From contig OZ024749.1 of assembly GCA_964016885.1 (NCBI GenBank), positions 15,872,001 through 15,936,000 of the forward strand: a DNA stretch of 64,000 bases, written 5' to 3'. A model generated the notes under the pieces. The model had not been told where the DNA came from. It saw only the letters and a program-made list of their open reading frames with translations, and did no database searches. Shown in pieces: positions 61,920 through 64,000 of the stretch; the first letter of the stretch is position 1; the number at the start of each line of letters is the position of its first letter. A program made the position numbers and the translations under genes. This stretch comes from Eledone cirrhosa (taxonomy: Eukaryota).

Positions 61920-62291
61920 GTAGAAGGTGAGTAATATTGTAGAACAATAAAACTATGCATATATCAGATAATTAGCACTCAACAGTTGGTAGAACTGGAG
62001 TATATATATATATTAAAGAAGAAATTAAAAGATGGTTAAAAGAGTTCCATATATTTTATTATGCGCATTTCGAAAACAACATCATCCTGGGACAAAAATT
62101 GTGTTCTCATCAGATAAAATAAGGTAATATGATATGAGGCCTAAAAACACTTGTGAACAAGAAAGTATATGTAGACTGGACACTTTCCTGTTGACAAGTG
62201 TTTTTAGGCCACATATTATGTTACCTTGTTTTTGAAATGCGCAAAATAAACTATATGGAACTTTTTTAACCATCTTTTAATTTCTTCTTTT
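61920..62291 (-). mobile_element. Palindromic hammerhead-bearing insert, family D second copy (inverted repeat 62014-62291 plus tail)
   Basis: Homologous to 56483-56909. Minus strand tttat CTGATGA gaacaca..tgttttc GAAA tgcgc ATA ataaa. The right arm has lost the CTGATGA/stem II block. Confidence 0.85.
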
Positions 62292-62311
62292 ATATATATA
62301 TATATATACAC

Positions 62312-62404
62312 ATTTTGAGTATATGTTGGTTGTTTACCGAGACCTTAGTATGCAGATTGGAGCACTCAACGAAGTACGCAGGTTTGTTTGGTTACTCCGG
62401 AGTA
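62312..62404 (-). mobile_element. Tail of a family B insert, interrupted by a Helitron
   Basis: Colinear with 40027-40118 (atgttggttgt..agtatgcag..ggagcactc..ggttactccggagta). Confidence 0.75.
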
Positions 62405-62405
62405 A

Positions 62406-63297
62406 TCTATATATATAAAACTGTGGTTGTCTGTCTGTCTATCGATTTTTGGCACACATCTCCTCTTAGAATCTCTCACGGAATTGCACCGAAATTGCTA
62501 TACTTGTACATTGAGCCCTAGCGAAGACATCGGAAAAAAAAATTTCAAATTGACCCACCCTATGTGACGAAATCGAATATAATGTATCGATTTTTGAGCG
62601 TAAGTGATCAGTTATTTCCCTTTGTTCTGTTTACATTGAGCGTCTGCGTGCAAAAATTAAAAAAATTACGCTGGCTTTCTCAGCGTTTAAAATGACATTA
62701 ACACAATACACGATTTAAAGACTACGTAAAACAAGCCTTTTAAAACAATATTTTTACTTGAAAACAAGTCTATTTAAAAACAACTTAAAACAAGCAAATA
62801 TTTCGTAAAAAAAAGCAAAAATTATATAAGTTTATATAAAATATATGTATCTGTAAATTTCGTTAGGCGTGCAGACAGACAGTCGTGCAGAGAGGTGATA
62901 TAGGCGTGCAGACAGACAGTCGTGCAGAGAGGTGATATAGGCGTGCAGACAGATAGTCGTGCAGAGAGGTGATATAGGCGTGCAGACAGACATAACTGAT
63001 AATTTGGTTACGCTAATGTTTTTCTCTGCGTTGCGGTGTTTACATTTTCGATCTTTGTTAATAAATAACCAGTGCAGTTTCTATCCCCAGCATCCTCTTT
63101 TGTTATAACATTCGGGTTATCGTTATGTTTTCTTAACTTCATAAGGCATATTGTTGGTTGAGGGAATATTAATCAAAAACACCACATGCAAGTCTGCACA
63201 GTAGACACTACAGTTTTTAAGCCAAGAAAGAAACTTAACATTGTAACTTTAACACAGCTACTGAGCGACCCCGAGCAACGCCGGGCTTTACTGCTAG
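62406..63297 (+). mobile_element. Non-autonomous Helitron, copy 1 of a tandem pair (internal 37-bp x3 repeat)
   Basis: A|TCTATATA start and ccccgagcaacgccgggctttactgCTAG|T end. Confidence 0.85.
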
Positions 63298-63301
63298 TAC
63301 A

Positions 63302-64000
63302 TCTATATATATAAAACTGTGGTTGTCTGTCTGTCTATCGATATTTGGCACACATCTCCTCTTAGAATCTCTCACGGAATTGCACCGAAATTGCTATACT
63401 TGTACATTGAGCCCTAGCGAAGACATCGGAAAAAAAAATTTCAAATTGACCCACCCTATGTGACGAAATCGAATATAATGTATCAATTTTTGAGCGTAAG
63501 TGATCAGTTATTTCCCTTTGTTCTGTTTACATTGAGCGTCTTACGTAAAAAATTAAAAAAATTACGCTGGCTTTCTCAGCGTTTAAAATGACATTAACAC
63601 AATACACGATTTAAAGACTACGTAAAACAAGCCTTTTAAAACAATATTTTTACTTGAAAACAAGTCTATTTAAAAACAACTTAAAACAAGCAAATATTTC
63701 GTAAAAAAAAGCAAAAATTATATAAGTTTATATAAAATATATGTATCTGTAAATTTCGTTAGGCGTGCAGACAGACAGTCGTGCAGAGAGGTGATATAGG
63801 CGTGCAGACAGACAGTCGTGCAGAGAGGTGATATAGGCGTGCAGACAGATAGTCGTGCAGAGAGGTGATATAGGCGTGCAGACAGACATAACCGATAATT
63901 TGGTTACGCTAATGTTTTTCTCTGCGTTGCAGTGTTTACATTTTCGATCTTTGTTAATAAATAACCAGTGCAGTTTCTATCCCCAGCATCCTCTTTTGTT
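63302..64000 (+). mobile_element. Non-autonomous Helitron, copy 2 (cut by the window edge)
   Basis: Near-identical to 62406-63104, separated from copy 1 by 4 bp. Confidence 0.85.

Overview
Eukaryotic, AT-rich, microsatellite-saturated genomic DNA. The repeat content (very long (TA)n tracts, tRNA-derived SINEs with Nin-like and Meta/V-like cores) resembles a cephalopod (Octopus-like) genome, but this is an inference, not a database result. The only supportable host gene is the last two coding exons of an alpha-arrestin (ARRDC-like) gene on the minus strand (55029-55211, 47096-47353). Nearly all long ORFs in the track are artefacts of simple or tandem repeats. The rest is mobile DNA: a decayed Penelope-like GIY-YIG endonuclease, fragments of L1/Tx1, R4/NeSL-like and Ingi/Vingi-like LINEs, SINEs, five non-autonomous Helitrons, two TTAA MITEs and a ~13.5-kb 69-bp satellite. 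The most interesting signal is a set of nine short non-coding inserts, nearly all bordering (TA)n. Each is a head-to-head palindrome carrying a complete or partial minimal hammerhead ribozyme (CUGANGA...GAAA, usually with a self-complementary stem III). Most have a one-sided 3' tail containing a GAGTRC motif about 40-55 nt from the end. These look like several divergent families of Penelope-type pLTR/retrozyme elements. Coordinates were read by eye and may be off by a few bases.
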